Shown one piece after another: positions 18,428 through 28,301 of a stretch of 28,301 bases of DNA. A program made the translations under genes and the position numbers. The notes under the pieces were generated by a model, which worked only from the letters and a program-made list of their open reading frames with translations, ran no database searches and had not been told where the DNA came from. The stretch spans positions 1 through 28,301 of the forward strand of contig JBDREN010000081.1 in assembly GCA_043819795.1 (NCBI GenBank). The letters run 5' to 3'. Source of the DNA: Elusimicrobiota bacterium (GTDB taxonomy: Bacteria; Elusimicrobiota; Elusimicrobia; UBA1565). Positions within the stretch are counted from its first letter, which is position 1; each line of letters begins with the position of its first letter.

Positions 18428-18503
18428 AGGCGTCAGGTGTTGAGTTTGTTAACTAAAGCGACCGTGCAGCGCGGTTACTCGACAAGCTCAACACCTGACG
18501 CCT
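18428..18503. repeat. Palindromic REP/MITE-like element (22-bp arms, 32-bp spacer)
   Basis: AGGCGTCAGGTGTTGAGTTTGT (18428-18449) and ACAAGCTCAACACCTGACGCCT (18482-18503) are complementary at 21 of 22 positions. Confidence 0.8.
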
Positions 18504-19606
18504 CGCAACCAGCGTAGCGCGCCGGCGTGGGTGGTGAACTTGCCGCGCCACTGGGCGCGGGCTACCCGCTCCAACCATCGTGAATAGGCGGGCCCCGGTT
18601 CCAGGCCCAGGCGATCGAGGTCGTCTCCGCCGAGCAGGACCGGCCGGAGGGCGGCGCGCGGAAGGCGTCCGAAATGAAGCCGCAGCACGCGCGAGGCGAG
18701 CGCGTCCAGCTCTCCCCGCGGGGAGGCGCGCAGCTTCGCGATCTTGAGCGCGGTCAGCAGGGACTGGGCGCCCGCGCGCTCTAAGGGAAGCGAGCGGATC
18801 ATCTCCGCGCCGTCGCCGCCCCGCATGGCCAAGGCGCACAGGCCCAGCCGGGTAAGCGCGTCGCCCAACCCGCGCGCCCTGAAGGGCCAGCGGAAGCGCG
18901 GATGAAACGCGGGCCACAGGCCCCAGCTCTTGAGAAGGCGCATCCCCGCGTCCGGATCATCCTCCTCGAGGTCGCGGATCAGCTCCTGCCGGACGCGCTC
19001 GCGGGAGAGCAGGCCCGGGAGGCCTTCACGGACCGCCTCCCGGAGCAGGGCGGCGGTCTTCGGCTCCAGCCGCAGCGCGAAGCGCCCGGCGTAGCGCGCG
19101 GCGCGGAACAGGCGCGTCGGGTCGTCGCGGAAGCTGTTGGGATGCAGGACCTTGAGGCGCCTCGCCTTCAGGTCGTCGGCCCCGCCGTGCGGGTCGATGA
19201 GCGCGCCGAAGCCCCGCGCGCGCAAGGGCCGGGCCATCGCGTTGACCGTGAAGTCGCGGCGGACAAGATCCTCGGCAAGCGTCGCGGGACGGACCACCGG
19301 CAGGGCCGCGGGTTTCGGATAGCTCTCGGCGCGCGCGCGCGCGAAGTCCATGCGGAAGCCGCCCGGCAGGTTCAGGCGGACGGTCCCGAAGCGGTCGAAG
19401 ACCTCGGAGGCGCCGCCCCAGCTAAGGACGGCGGCCTGCGCAAGGACCCGGGGGTCGCCTTCCACCGCCATGTCCAGGTCGCGGGTCGGGCGGCCCAGCA
19501 TCGCGTCGCGCACGCAGCCGCCCACCGCGTAGACCCGCAAACCCTCGCGGCTGGCAAGCCGCGCGAGCCCGCCAAGACGCCGCTTGAGCGCGGGGACGAT
19601 CCTCAT
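18488..19606 (-). CDS. Class II tRNA nucleotidyltransferase (CCA-adding family, probably A-adding subtype)
   Basis: VGGCVRDAMLG...DLDMAV, RAESYPKPAALPVV, EDLVRRDFTVNAMA, LHPNSFRDDPTRLFRAARY, LSRERV..EL. Confidence 0.92.
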   Translation of the reverse strand: MRIVPALKRRLGGLARLASREGLRVYAVGGCVRDAMLGRPTRDLDMAVEGDPRVLAQAAVLSWGGASEVFDRFGTVRLNLPGGFRMDFARARAESYPKPAALPVVRPATLAEDLVRRDFTVNAMARPLRARGFGALIDPHGGADDLKARRLKVLHPNSFRDDPTRLFRAARYAGRFALRLEPKTAALLREAVREGLPGLLSRERVRQELIRDLEEDDPDAGMRLLKSWGLWPAFHPRFRWPFRARGLGDALTRLGLCALAMRGGDGAEMIRSLPLERAGAQSLLTALKIAKLRASPRGELDALASRVLRLHFGRLPRAALRPVLLGGDDLDRLGLEPGPAYSRWLERVARAQWRGKFTTHAGALRWLRGVRC

Positions 19607-20340
19607 CGGCGGGGCCGCCGCGGAGCCGGCCTCCGCGCGCGCGAGCGCGCCGGGGTCCTGAAAGCGGGCGACTTAGGAGCCGTGGAGGCGGCCGGCGGAG
19701 CCTCCGTCGAGGTCTTGAGGAACTCGATCCAGCGGCGGAAGGCCCGCAGACGGCCGTTCGCCTTAAGCAGGGCGTCGAGGCCGCTGCGCGCCGCGTCCCG
19801 CGAGAAAGCCCGGCCGCGCGCCGAGGGCGGGGCGCCCGCGTACGGCATGATCCGCGGCAGGTGGCGCAGGCGCGCGAAGGTCCGGTCGACTTGGTAGGCG
19901 GCGAGCTCAAGCTCCCGGCAGAGGAACTCGGCGACCATTACCTCGTCCTCGAGGTCGTCCTCGGCCTGAAGCAAGGCCCGGATCTCGTCGAACCCGAAAA
20001 AGGAGAGCGGCTCGGCCTTCAGCGGCATCCGGGTGGCGAGGACGCGGCGCATCTCGGCGAAGTCCTCGCGCATCTTGCGCCGCCAGCGGTCGGCGTCCTT
20101 GCGGTGGGACTCGGGGAACACGAAGGCGACGAGCTCTGTGCGGGCGTCGAAGTACACGACCGTGGTCTCCGGGTAGAAGGGTTGGCCGCATCGCTCGCAG
20201 AGGAGCAGGTTCAGCTCGCCCGCCAGGAGGCTGTCGCGCAGCGCCTCGTCCACGTCGCCGCGCACGAAGCTCCAGACCTCGGTCATCGCCGGGCCGCACC
20301 CGTTCGGGCAGCGCGCCTCGATGGCCCCCCTGAACGACAT
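19603..20340 (-). CDS. CpXC-domain (Cys-pair zinc-ribbon-like) protein
   Basis: CPNGC...VWSFV.GDVDEALRDSLLAGELN..LCERCG...VYFD. Its stop overlaps the next ATG. Confidence 0.8.
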   Translation of the reverse strand: MSFRGAIEARCPNGCGPAMTEVWSFVRGDVDEALRDSLLAGELNLLLCERCGQPFYPETTVVYFDARTELVAFVFPESHRKDADRWRRKMREDFAEMRRVLATRMPLKAEPLSFFGFDEIRALLQAEDDLEDEVMVAEFLCRELELAAYQVDRTFARLRHLPRIMPYAGAPPSARGRAFSRDAARSGLDALLKANGRLRAFRRWIEFLKTSTEAPPAASTAPKSPAFRTPARSRARRPAPRRPRR

Positions 20341-20350
20341 TAGCGGGGCC

Positions 20351-23300
20351 TCACTGGGACATCCTTTTCAGGTACTCTTTGACGGCGTCGTCGAAGGCCT
20401 TCGGGCGGCGCTCGCGCAGGGACTTCTCCACCTCGCGCCGGATCTCCCGCGGCGGCTGGTAGTCCTCGGCGTTGGGCAGGGGAACGAAGCCGGTATCCTG
20501 GCCGGAGCGTCCGCCGCGACCGGCGGGCCGCGCCACGCCGCGGGGCATGTTGAAGGGGCTCATCGATCCCTGGGAGATCGACTGCTGCTGCTGCAGGCTC
20601 TGCGAGCAGGATTTCTGCGCCCTTTGCAGCAGCTCGAGGGCGCTCTCCTGATGGCCGCGCGCCGTCGCGCTGTCGCGGCTGGCGAGCGCGGCCTCGGCCG
20701 CCTTCTGCTCGTTCTGCGCCTCCCTCACGGACTCGAGCGCGTCCGGCGGGGCCATCCCGAAGTCGCGCGAGAGCGCCTCGAGGTACGAATCGAGGCCCTC
20801 CGTCTTCTTGCGCACCTGCCGCTGGACCGCGCTCGCCGCGAACATCTGGGAGAGCTGCTGCTCGCTCATCGCGGGCGGCGGGGCCCCGCGCTTGAGCTGG
20901 TCCCGGATGTCCTGCTCACGGTCGGCCAGCTTCTGGAGCGTTCCGGCCGTCTCGGCGGGCTTCCCCCCGAACGGCAGCAGCCGGAAAGCCTCGGCCCGCA
21001 GCCGCTGCGCGGCGCGCTCCAGCAGGTCCGGCGCCTCCCGGACCTTCTCGGCCTCGAACTCCTTGAGCACCTGCCTCATCGACGTCATCGCGTCCAGAGG
21101 CATCGAGCGGCCGAGCGTCGCCGCGTCCCGGATGACGTCCCGCTGCTGCTCGGCGAGCTTGCGCAGCAGCTTCTGCTGCGCCTCGAGCAGCGCCTGGAGC
21201 TTCTCCTCCTCGACCGCGTCGGTCATGCCGAGGCTGCGCGTCTGCCCCTCGACGACCTCGTCCCACATCCGCAAGAGCTCCTCCAGGCGGCGGGACGGAG
21301 AGTCCCCCCCGCTCTGCGCGAAGGACTGCGCGGCCTGCGCGATCGATTGGTGGACCCGTGCGAGCTGCTCGGCGAGCTGCTGAGCGATGCGCGCGGCGGC
21401 CGCGTAATCGCCGCGCGCCAGCGCCTCCTGCAGGGCGTCCATCGTGCGGCGCGCCGCGTTGAGCGGCACGACGTAGACCTTGCGCCGCCGGTCCTGCGGC
21501 GAGCCCGGCTCCGGCTTCGGCAGGGACTCGATCGCCTTCTGAAGCTGGTCCATCTGCTTGCGCAGGTTCTCCATCGCCTCATCGAGCTTGCGCCGGTCCT
21601 CCGCGCTCGGCGCCTCGCCGCTCTTCGCGATCCGGTCCAGGGCGTCGTTGATCTCGCTTCCGGCTTGGTCCATGCGGTGGGCCTCGGCCCAGAAATCCTG
21701 CATGACTTGGAGCTCGCGCCCGGAGCTCAGTATCTCCGCGGCCCGCCGCACCCTGTTCTCGAGCTCCCCGTGGCGGCGCTCCGCCGCCTTCCAATCGCTC
21801 GAGCGGGCCGCCTCGCGCGCGGCGGGCAGATCCCGCTCGTGCATGGCTTTCAGCGCCTTGGCGAGCGCCTCCGCCGTCTCGGCCATGCCGGGGTTCGCGT
21901 AGGGGTCCTCGCGCATCGCCTGAGAGAACGCCTCCATATTCCCCACGGTGTCGTACCACTCGTCCGCGAGCTTGCGGTCGGCCTCCGCCGCCTTGTCGGC
22001 GCCCGCCGCGCACTCCTCCGGGGTGGACTTCCCGAACTCGCCCATCAGCCCGCGCATATCGCCCTCCTTGCCGGCCAGGCGACGGAGCGCCGCCTCCGCT
22101 CCCAGCCACTGGCGCTCCGTCGCGGCGTGGGCGGACTCGAAATCGACGACATGCAGGACGCCCTTGCCCGAGACGGCCGTCTGGGGATCGGGACGGCCGT
22201 TGTCGGTCGTCCGTATCCGGAACTCGACGCGCGAGCCCAGCGGGAAACGCGCCAGATCCCAGACATAGTCGCCGAGGAAATGCGCCGGATGGCGCCGGAA
22301 GCGCTCCAGGGGGATGACCTTCTCCTCGCCGCCGCTCACCTGGTACAGGAGCGCCACGGACGTCAGGCCGTAGTCGTCGCGGGCCTCGTAGGCGACCGGC
22401 AGCTTCTCGCGCCGGCTGATCTCCACCTCGAAGGCCGGGGAGAGGAGCTCGACGGTCGGAGGCTCGTCCTCGAGCGCCCGCAGGGACGTCGCGACCGGGT
22501 TGGGGTCGCGCGCGCCCTCGGCCGATACGAGATCGATCTTCAGCGTGCCGTTCTCGTTGAGCGGGAAGCCCGCCTCCCGCTGCCCGGACTCGAGCCGGCT
22601 CATCGTCACGGGCGCGCCGAGATACGAGACCATGAGGCGGGCCGATTCCAGGGGCTGGTCGGGCCGGCCGCGGAGCAGGACCCAGCTGCCGCGCAGCGCC
22701 GCGATCTCGCCGCCGTCCTTGAGCTCGATCTCCCGCACCGACGGCCCCCGGCCGGGAAGGCGCACGCGCACGGAGATGTCCGTCAGGTGCGGGAACGGCA
22801 GCGGCGTGAGGCGATAGACGCGCGTCCTCATGTCCTTGAACCCCACCCTGTACTCGAAAACCGACGTGAGCCCGTCGATCGAATACGAGTGGTCCAGAAG
22901 CTTGCGGCTGTCCCAAGGGACCCTCTCCCAGGAGGCGCCCTCGGACCGGGCCCAGAGAATCAACCGGGCGCCGGGCCTCGGCTCCAGCCACCGGGCGACG
23001 ATCTCGGCCGGCTCGGCCCATACCACCTTCGCGTCGCCGGGAAGCACGGACACGAGCGTCTCCAGCCGCACGTCCCGCCACGGGGCCAGGATCCGCCCGA
23101 AACGAGCCTGACCGTTAGTGAACCAAGGGATGCTGAGCCCCCACGCCACGGCGACCACAGCCAGACGCCGCGCGGCCTGGTACGAGGGCCGCCACCGGAA
23201 GGCCTTCTCGCGCGGCAGGGCTTTCAGCAGACGCTCGGTCCGCGCGAGGTGCTCTTCCACGAGCTCGCCGGAGGTGTTGGGACCGGCGCCCTCCCGGGAC

Positions 23301-23611
23301 AGCTCCCACGCGGAGTGGAGATACGGACCCAGGAGCGGGTAGCACACCGCCACTCTGCGCAGCAGACGGGAGGGCCGCAGCAGCCGGAGCGGGCGCAGCA
23401 GGTACCGGTAGAGAAAGACGGCCGAGGCCCCCGCGCCGAGCACGAACAGCGTCCAGCGCACCTCGAGCCGCAAGGTCAGGACACGGTCGAGGACGAGCGC
23501 CGCCCAAAGCAGCGCCCCGAAGCCCGCCGCCAAGCGCACGCCGCCCTCGCTCCAAAGGGAACGCAACCTTTGAAGACGCCACACGCGCACGAGGCGTCGA
23601 AGCTCGATCAT
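20351..23611 (-). CDS. DUF4175-like large membrane-anchored coiled-coil protein
   Basis: Three N-terminal TMs, an Ig-like beta region (DEPPTVELLSP...EARDDYGL), long Q/E/A-rich coiled coils and a C-terminal P..F...VKEYLKR. Flanked closely by genes on the same strand. Confidence 0.75.
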   Translation of the reverse strand: MIELRRLVRVWRLQRLRSLWSEGGVRLAAGFGALLWAALVLDRVLTLRLEVRWTLFVLGAGASAVFLYRYLLRPLRLLRPSRLLRRVAVCYPLLGPYLHSAWELSREGAGPNTSGELVEEHLARTERLLKALPREKAFRWRPSYQAARRLAVVAVAWGLSIPWFTNGQARFGRILAPWRDVRLETLVSVLPGDAKVVWAEPAEIVARWLEPRPGARLILWARSEGASWERVPWDSRKLLDHSYSIDGLTSVFEYRVGFKDMRTRVYRLTPLPFPHLTDISVRVRLPGRGPSVREIELKDGGEIAALRGSWVLLRGRPDQPLESARLMVSYLGAPVTMSRLESGQREAGFPLNENGTLKIDLVSAEGARDPNPVATSLRALEDEPPTVELLSPAFEVEISRREKLPVAYEARDDYGLTSVALLYQVSGGEEKVIPLERFRRHPAHFLGDYVWDLARFPLGSRVEFRIRTTDNGRPDPQTAVSGKGVLHVVDFESAHAATERQWLGAEAALRRLAGKEGDMRGLMGEFGKSTPEECAAGADKAAEADRKLADEWYDTVGNMEAFSQAMREDPYANPGMAETAEALAKALKAMHERDLPAAREAARSSDWKAAERRHGELENRVRRAAEILSSGRELQVMQDFWAEAHRMDQAGSEINDALDRIAKSGEAPSAEDRRKLDEAMENLRKQMDQLQKAIESLPKPEPGSPQDRRRKVYVVPLNAARRTMDALQEALARGDYAAAARIAQQLAEQLARVHQSIAQAAQSFAQSGGDSPSRRLEELLRMWDEVVEGQTRSLGMTDAVEEEKLQALLEAQQKLLRKLAEQQRDVIRDAATLGRSMPLDAMTSMRQVLKEFEAEKVREAPDLLERAAQRLRAEAFRLLPFGGKPAETAGTLQKLADREQDIRDQLKRGAPPPAMSEQQLSQMFAASAVQRQVRKKTEGLDSYLEALSRDFGMAPPDALESVREAQNEQKAAEAALASRDSATARGHQESALELLQRAQKSCSQSLQQQQSISQGSMSPFNMPRGVARPAGRGGRSGQDTGFVPLPNAEDYQPPREIRREVEKSLRERRPKAFDDAVKEYLKRMSQ

Positions 23612-23616
23612 TGACG

Positions 23617-25320
23617 TTAGTGTAGCAGAAGGCTCTTGGACAGGCCAGGGTAGCGCGGGTGGTCCGACTTACGCAGGACCTCGGCCAGGCGCCCGCGGCC
23701 GTCGCGGTCGTCGGTCAGATCGTAGAGGAAGATGGAGTGGCCCAACACCTCGAGCGGCTCGCGTTCCTTGAGCCAGCCGAAGATGTCCCTCTCCGGGATA
23801 TAAGCCGCCTCCAAAGCCGTCGCCGAGACCGCCAACAGGACGCGCCCGGCCGCGGCGGGGTCCACCGGGTCCCCGGCCCGGGAGAGCGGGTTGCTCCAGT
23901 TGTAGAGCACCGGGACGTATCGCAGGCCGTAGGCGGCCGGGTCGCCCGACCCGAAGAACGCCAGGTAGATCGGCGGGTCGCCCAGCTCCCTCACCGCGCG
24001 AGCCAGCGTCTTCAGGTCCTGTCCCCAGTCCAGGTTCGAGTCCACCAGCCACCGGTGCCCGCGCTCGGGTCCCCCGGCGGCCTCGTTGAAATAGGCCAGC
24101 TGATGCGGATGCACGCGGAGGACCGAGCCGGCCAGCCAGACCCCGAGCAGCACGACGGGCGCGCGCCAGCGGGCGCCCAGCTCCCAGAGGCGCCCGGCCC
24201 CGCACCCGGCGAGCAGGGCCACGAAGGGCATCATCGGCAGCAGGTGCCGGACCCCGATCTGGACCTTCGCGGTCTGGGCCGCGAGGAAATACGCGAACGC
24301 CGGAAGGACGACCCAAAGGCGCTCCCGGCGGCGTCCCTTAAGCCACCAGAGGCCCGTCCCGGCGGCCAGCGCCAGCGTCGGCAGCGGGGTCTTGACGGCC
24401 AGCGCCACCGGGAAATACAGCCAGAAGCCCGTCCCCGAGTACTCCCCCATCAAGTACGAGGCGCGCCCCTCGCCGAGCCGCCCGAGCGTGTCCGAGAGAC
24501 CCTCCCAGAACAACGGGAGCTGCGTCACCCGGTATACGGCGGCCAGCGCGAGAGCCGCGCACCCCGCCGCCAGCGCGGCGCCGCCCCACGGAAAACGCGG
24601 CCGCCCTTTGCCCCGCCTCAGGAGATGATCCAGACACAGCATCCCGGCCGCCACGGGCCCGATAAGGATCATATTGAACTTGGAGGCGAGCGCCAGCCCG
24701 GCGCAAGCTCCCGCCGCCGCCCATAGGCGGCGCGGACGCGCCTCGCGAGAAAGAAGCCAGAAGACCAGGAAGAAGAGCACGGCCGAGGCGCCGTCCGTCG
24801 TGACGAGAGCCAGATTCGAGACGAGCACCGGGCAGAAGGCCGCCGCCGCGCAGCTCCCGACCGCCGCGGCCGCCCCGCCGAGACGATGCGCCCAGAGCCC
24901 GAGCGCCGCCAGAAGGAGCGCCGACAGGGTGAGGAAAGAGAACGCGCGGGCGGCGTTCATGAGGCGCTCGGCCGGGACACTGTTCCGGTAAAGGAAATGG
25001 TCGGAGTAGTCGTAGCGCCGCATCCGGATCCAATCGGGATGCGACTGCGACAGCCGCGGCCGCATGGCCAAGAGCGGGACGGCCGCCCACATCTCGGCCA
25101 GGGGGGGATGGTCCGTGATGTTGAGGCGGTAGCGCCCGGTGACCCAGTAGGAGTAGCCGCTGGCGAGGTGCACGGGCTCGTCGAACGTGGGAGCGGCCGA
25201 GCGGATGAACGAGAGGCCGAGCCAGACGTGCGCCGCGACCGCCACCGCCAGCGCGGCCCATGCCGAAGCGGCCATCGGGGAGGCGGCAGGCTTCGGGGAA
25301 GAGGGGTCTAGGCGTCTCAT
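23617..25320 (-). CDS. GT-C fold glycosyltransferase (ArnT/PMT, family 39-like)
   Basis: Polytopic membrane protein with PTFDEPVH..SGY, HPPL, LVTTD, GLALASKF, IGVRHLLP and DSNLDWGQDL. Confidence 0.88.
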   Translation of the reverse strand: MRRLDPSSPKPAASPMAASAWAALAVAVAAHVWLGLSFIRSAAPTFDEPVHLASGYSYWVTGRYRLNITDHPPLAEMWAAVPLLAMRPRLSQSHPDWIRMRRYDYSDHFLYRNSVPAERLMNAARAFSFLTLSALLLAALGLWAHRLGGAAAAVGSCAAAAFCPVLVSNLALVTTDGASAVLFFLVFWLLSREARPRRLWAAAGACAGLALASKFNMILIGPVAAGMLCLDHLLRRGKGRPRFPWGGAALAAGCAALALAAVYRVTQLPLFWEGLSDTLGRLGEGRASYLMGEYSGTGFWLYFPVALAVKTPLPTLALAAGTGLWWLKGRRRERLWVVLPAFAYFLAAQTAKVQIGVRHLLPMMPFVALLAGCGAGRLWELGARWRAPVVLLGVWLAGSVLRVHPHQLAYFNEAAGGPERGHRWLVDSNLDWGQDLKTLARAVRELGDPPIYLAFFGSGDPAAYGLRYVPVLYNWSNPLSRAGDPVDPAAAGRVLLAVSATALEAAYIPERDIFGWLKEREPLEVLGHSIFLYDLTDDRDGRGRLAEVLRKSDHPRYPGLSKSLLLH

Positions 25321-25326
25321 CCGGGC

Positions 25327-25332
25327 ATTATA
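25327..25332 (-). promoter_or_regulatory. Consensus -10 box, leaderless geometry
   Basis: TATAAT, 6 nt, then the ATG at 25320. Confidence 0.65.
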
Positions 25333-25466
25333 GGAAATGCCGGCCAGGGGTCCCGTGACGAGAATTTCTCGCCGCGCGGACCGGACGGTGGGGATGGAGT
25401 TAGGGGAGGCCCGCAGATGGGGCCGCCGGGGTCAGGCTGGACGCGGCCGCGCGCGCCGCTGCGGGA

Positions 25467-25613
25467 TCAGCGCGCCGCCTGGGAGCGCAGCGTCCAGACG
25501 CGCCGCTCGCGCTGCGCCAGCCAGGAGGTGGTCCTGGACTGTCCGCTCCGGACCGAGCGCCGCTCGAATGTGAATCGTTGCGTGTCGGTGAAGTCGGGTT
25601 TCGGTTGCATCAT
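25467..25613 (-). CDS. 48-aa small basic hypothetical protein
   Basis: Translated by hand as MMQPKPDFTDTQRFTFERRSVRSGQSRTTSWLAQRERRVWTLRSQAAR*. SD sequence GAGGAG (25628-25623) lies 9 nt upstream. Shorter than any ORF in the track. Confidence 0.5.
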   Translation of the reverse strand: MMQPKPDFTDTQRFTFERRSVRSGQSRTTSWLAQRERRVWTLRSQAAR

Positions 25614-25731
25614 CGGGATAGTCTCCTCAGCGATACCCTAGCGTAAAAAACTCAAGCGCGGCAGGGCCGAAAGGCGCGTATCTCGAGCCTCTTGCGGCCT
25701 AGACGTCTCTGGGACCAACGGTCCGGCACGC

Positions 25732-26064
25732 TCATAGCGGGACCGCGACCCTTTCGATGGACTCGTCGGCCGGCGGCGCCGGGAGCAGGATGTTCTCCGT
25801 CTCCGGCGGCGCCAAGAACTGCTTCTCCCTGGCGGCCGTCTTCCGCTCCCGGATGATGCGGCCGGCCATGCGGCCCGGCATTCGGCCATCCTCATCCATG
25901 AAGACATAGCCGCGCCCCTGCTCCAAGGACAGGGCGGCGCCGAGCTTCCGGAAATCGCCCTCCGCGTCCCATTCCTGCGCGACGGCGTCCAGCACCGTCT
26001 TCAGGAACACGGCGATCCCGAATAAGCCTACCGCCAGGCAAATGGCGAACCGCAGATACATCAT
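25732..26064 (-). CDS. 110-aa hypothetical protein with an N-terminal TM helix
   Basis: MMYLRFAICLAVGLFGIAVFLK. GAGG SD sequence and a TACAAT -10 box (26087-26082) lie upstream. Confidence 0.65.
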   Translation of the reverse strand: MMYLRFAICLAVGLFGIAVFLKTVLDAVAQEWDAEGDFRKLGAALSLEQGRGYVFMDEDGRMPGRMAGRIIRERKTAAREKQFLAPPETENILLPAPPADESIERVAVPL

Positions 26065-26258
26065 GGCACAACCTCATTTCCATTGTATCTTCCCCCGCCG
26101 GCCCGCAGATAGGGCCATCGGGGCGCGCACACGACGGGAATGGGCCCAGCAGGAATTAGGCCCATGGGACCAGTTTCCTGATCGCGAGAGGGGGGGTAGG
26201 CATAGTGACCCCGCCGCCCCGGATTCTCCGACGGCGGCCTCGGCGAAGGCGGGTTTTA

Positions 26259-26264
26259 TATAAT
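26259..26264 (+). promoter_or_regulatory. -10 box of uvrB
   Basis: TATAAT 30 bp upstream of the uvrB ATG, inside an isolated AT-rich patch. Confidence 0.55.
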
Positions 26265-26294
26265 GATGCCGGGGCATCGCCGGCGCCCCCGCCA

Positions 26295-28301
<2,007 letters not shown>

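Noticed and set aside
20321..23614. 1097-aa plus-strand ORF, and other long plus-strand ORFs such as 4266-5858, 6743-8167 and 16876-18420
   Set aside because: Antisense shadows of well-supported minus-strand genes. Stop codons are scarce at this GC content and the translations show no recognisable motifs.
26190..26294. SOS/LexA box upstream of uvrB
   Set aside because: No match to the CTGT-N8-ACAG or GAAC-N4-GTTC boxes, only GC-rich imperfect hairpins.

Overview
A very GC-rich bacterial chromosome segment, mostly housekeeping genes. An Elusimicrobiota-like diderm is my low-confidence guess from gene content; I have not verified it. Almost all real genes lie on the minus strand. In transcription order they are: a 110-aa membrane protein, a 48-aa sORF, a GT39/ArnT-like glycosyltransferase, a DUF4175-like protein, a CpXC protein, a tRNA nucleotidyltransferase, a site-2 protease, trpS, scpA, scpB, glgA, a DUF5693-like protein, a secreted hypothetical protein, an FtsX-EnvC fusion, an S41 protease, tsaD, a solute-binding protein without a signal peptide, a GAF-GAF-GGDEF cyclase and a PorV/FadL-like beta-barrel. 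uvrB runs divergently off the right end. At the left end, a secreted tail-fibre-like gene runs off the window, facing away from an orphan peptidase-S74 chaperone fragment. I saw no tRNA, rRNA, CRISPR array or transposase. The most notable observations are (1) a single-ORF FtsX-EnvC fusion with no adjacent ftsE and an internal signal-peptide-like fifth TM, (2) an apparently cytoplasmic sugar-binding protein translationally coupled to a diguanylate cyclase and an outer-membrane barrel, (3) the divergent fibre/S74 arrangement with an inverted-repeat-bounded spacer, (4) a recurrent leaderless promoter geometry, and (5) a REP/MITE-like palindrome that supplies a stop codon. All family calls come from reading motifs by eye; no database searches were run.
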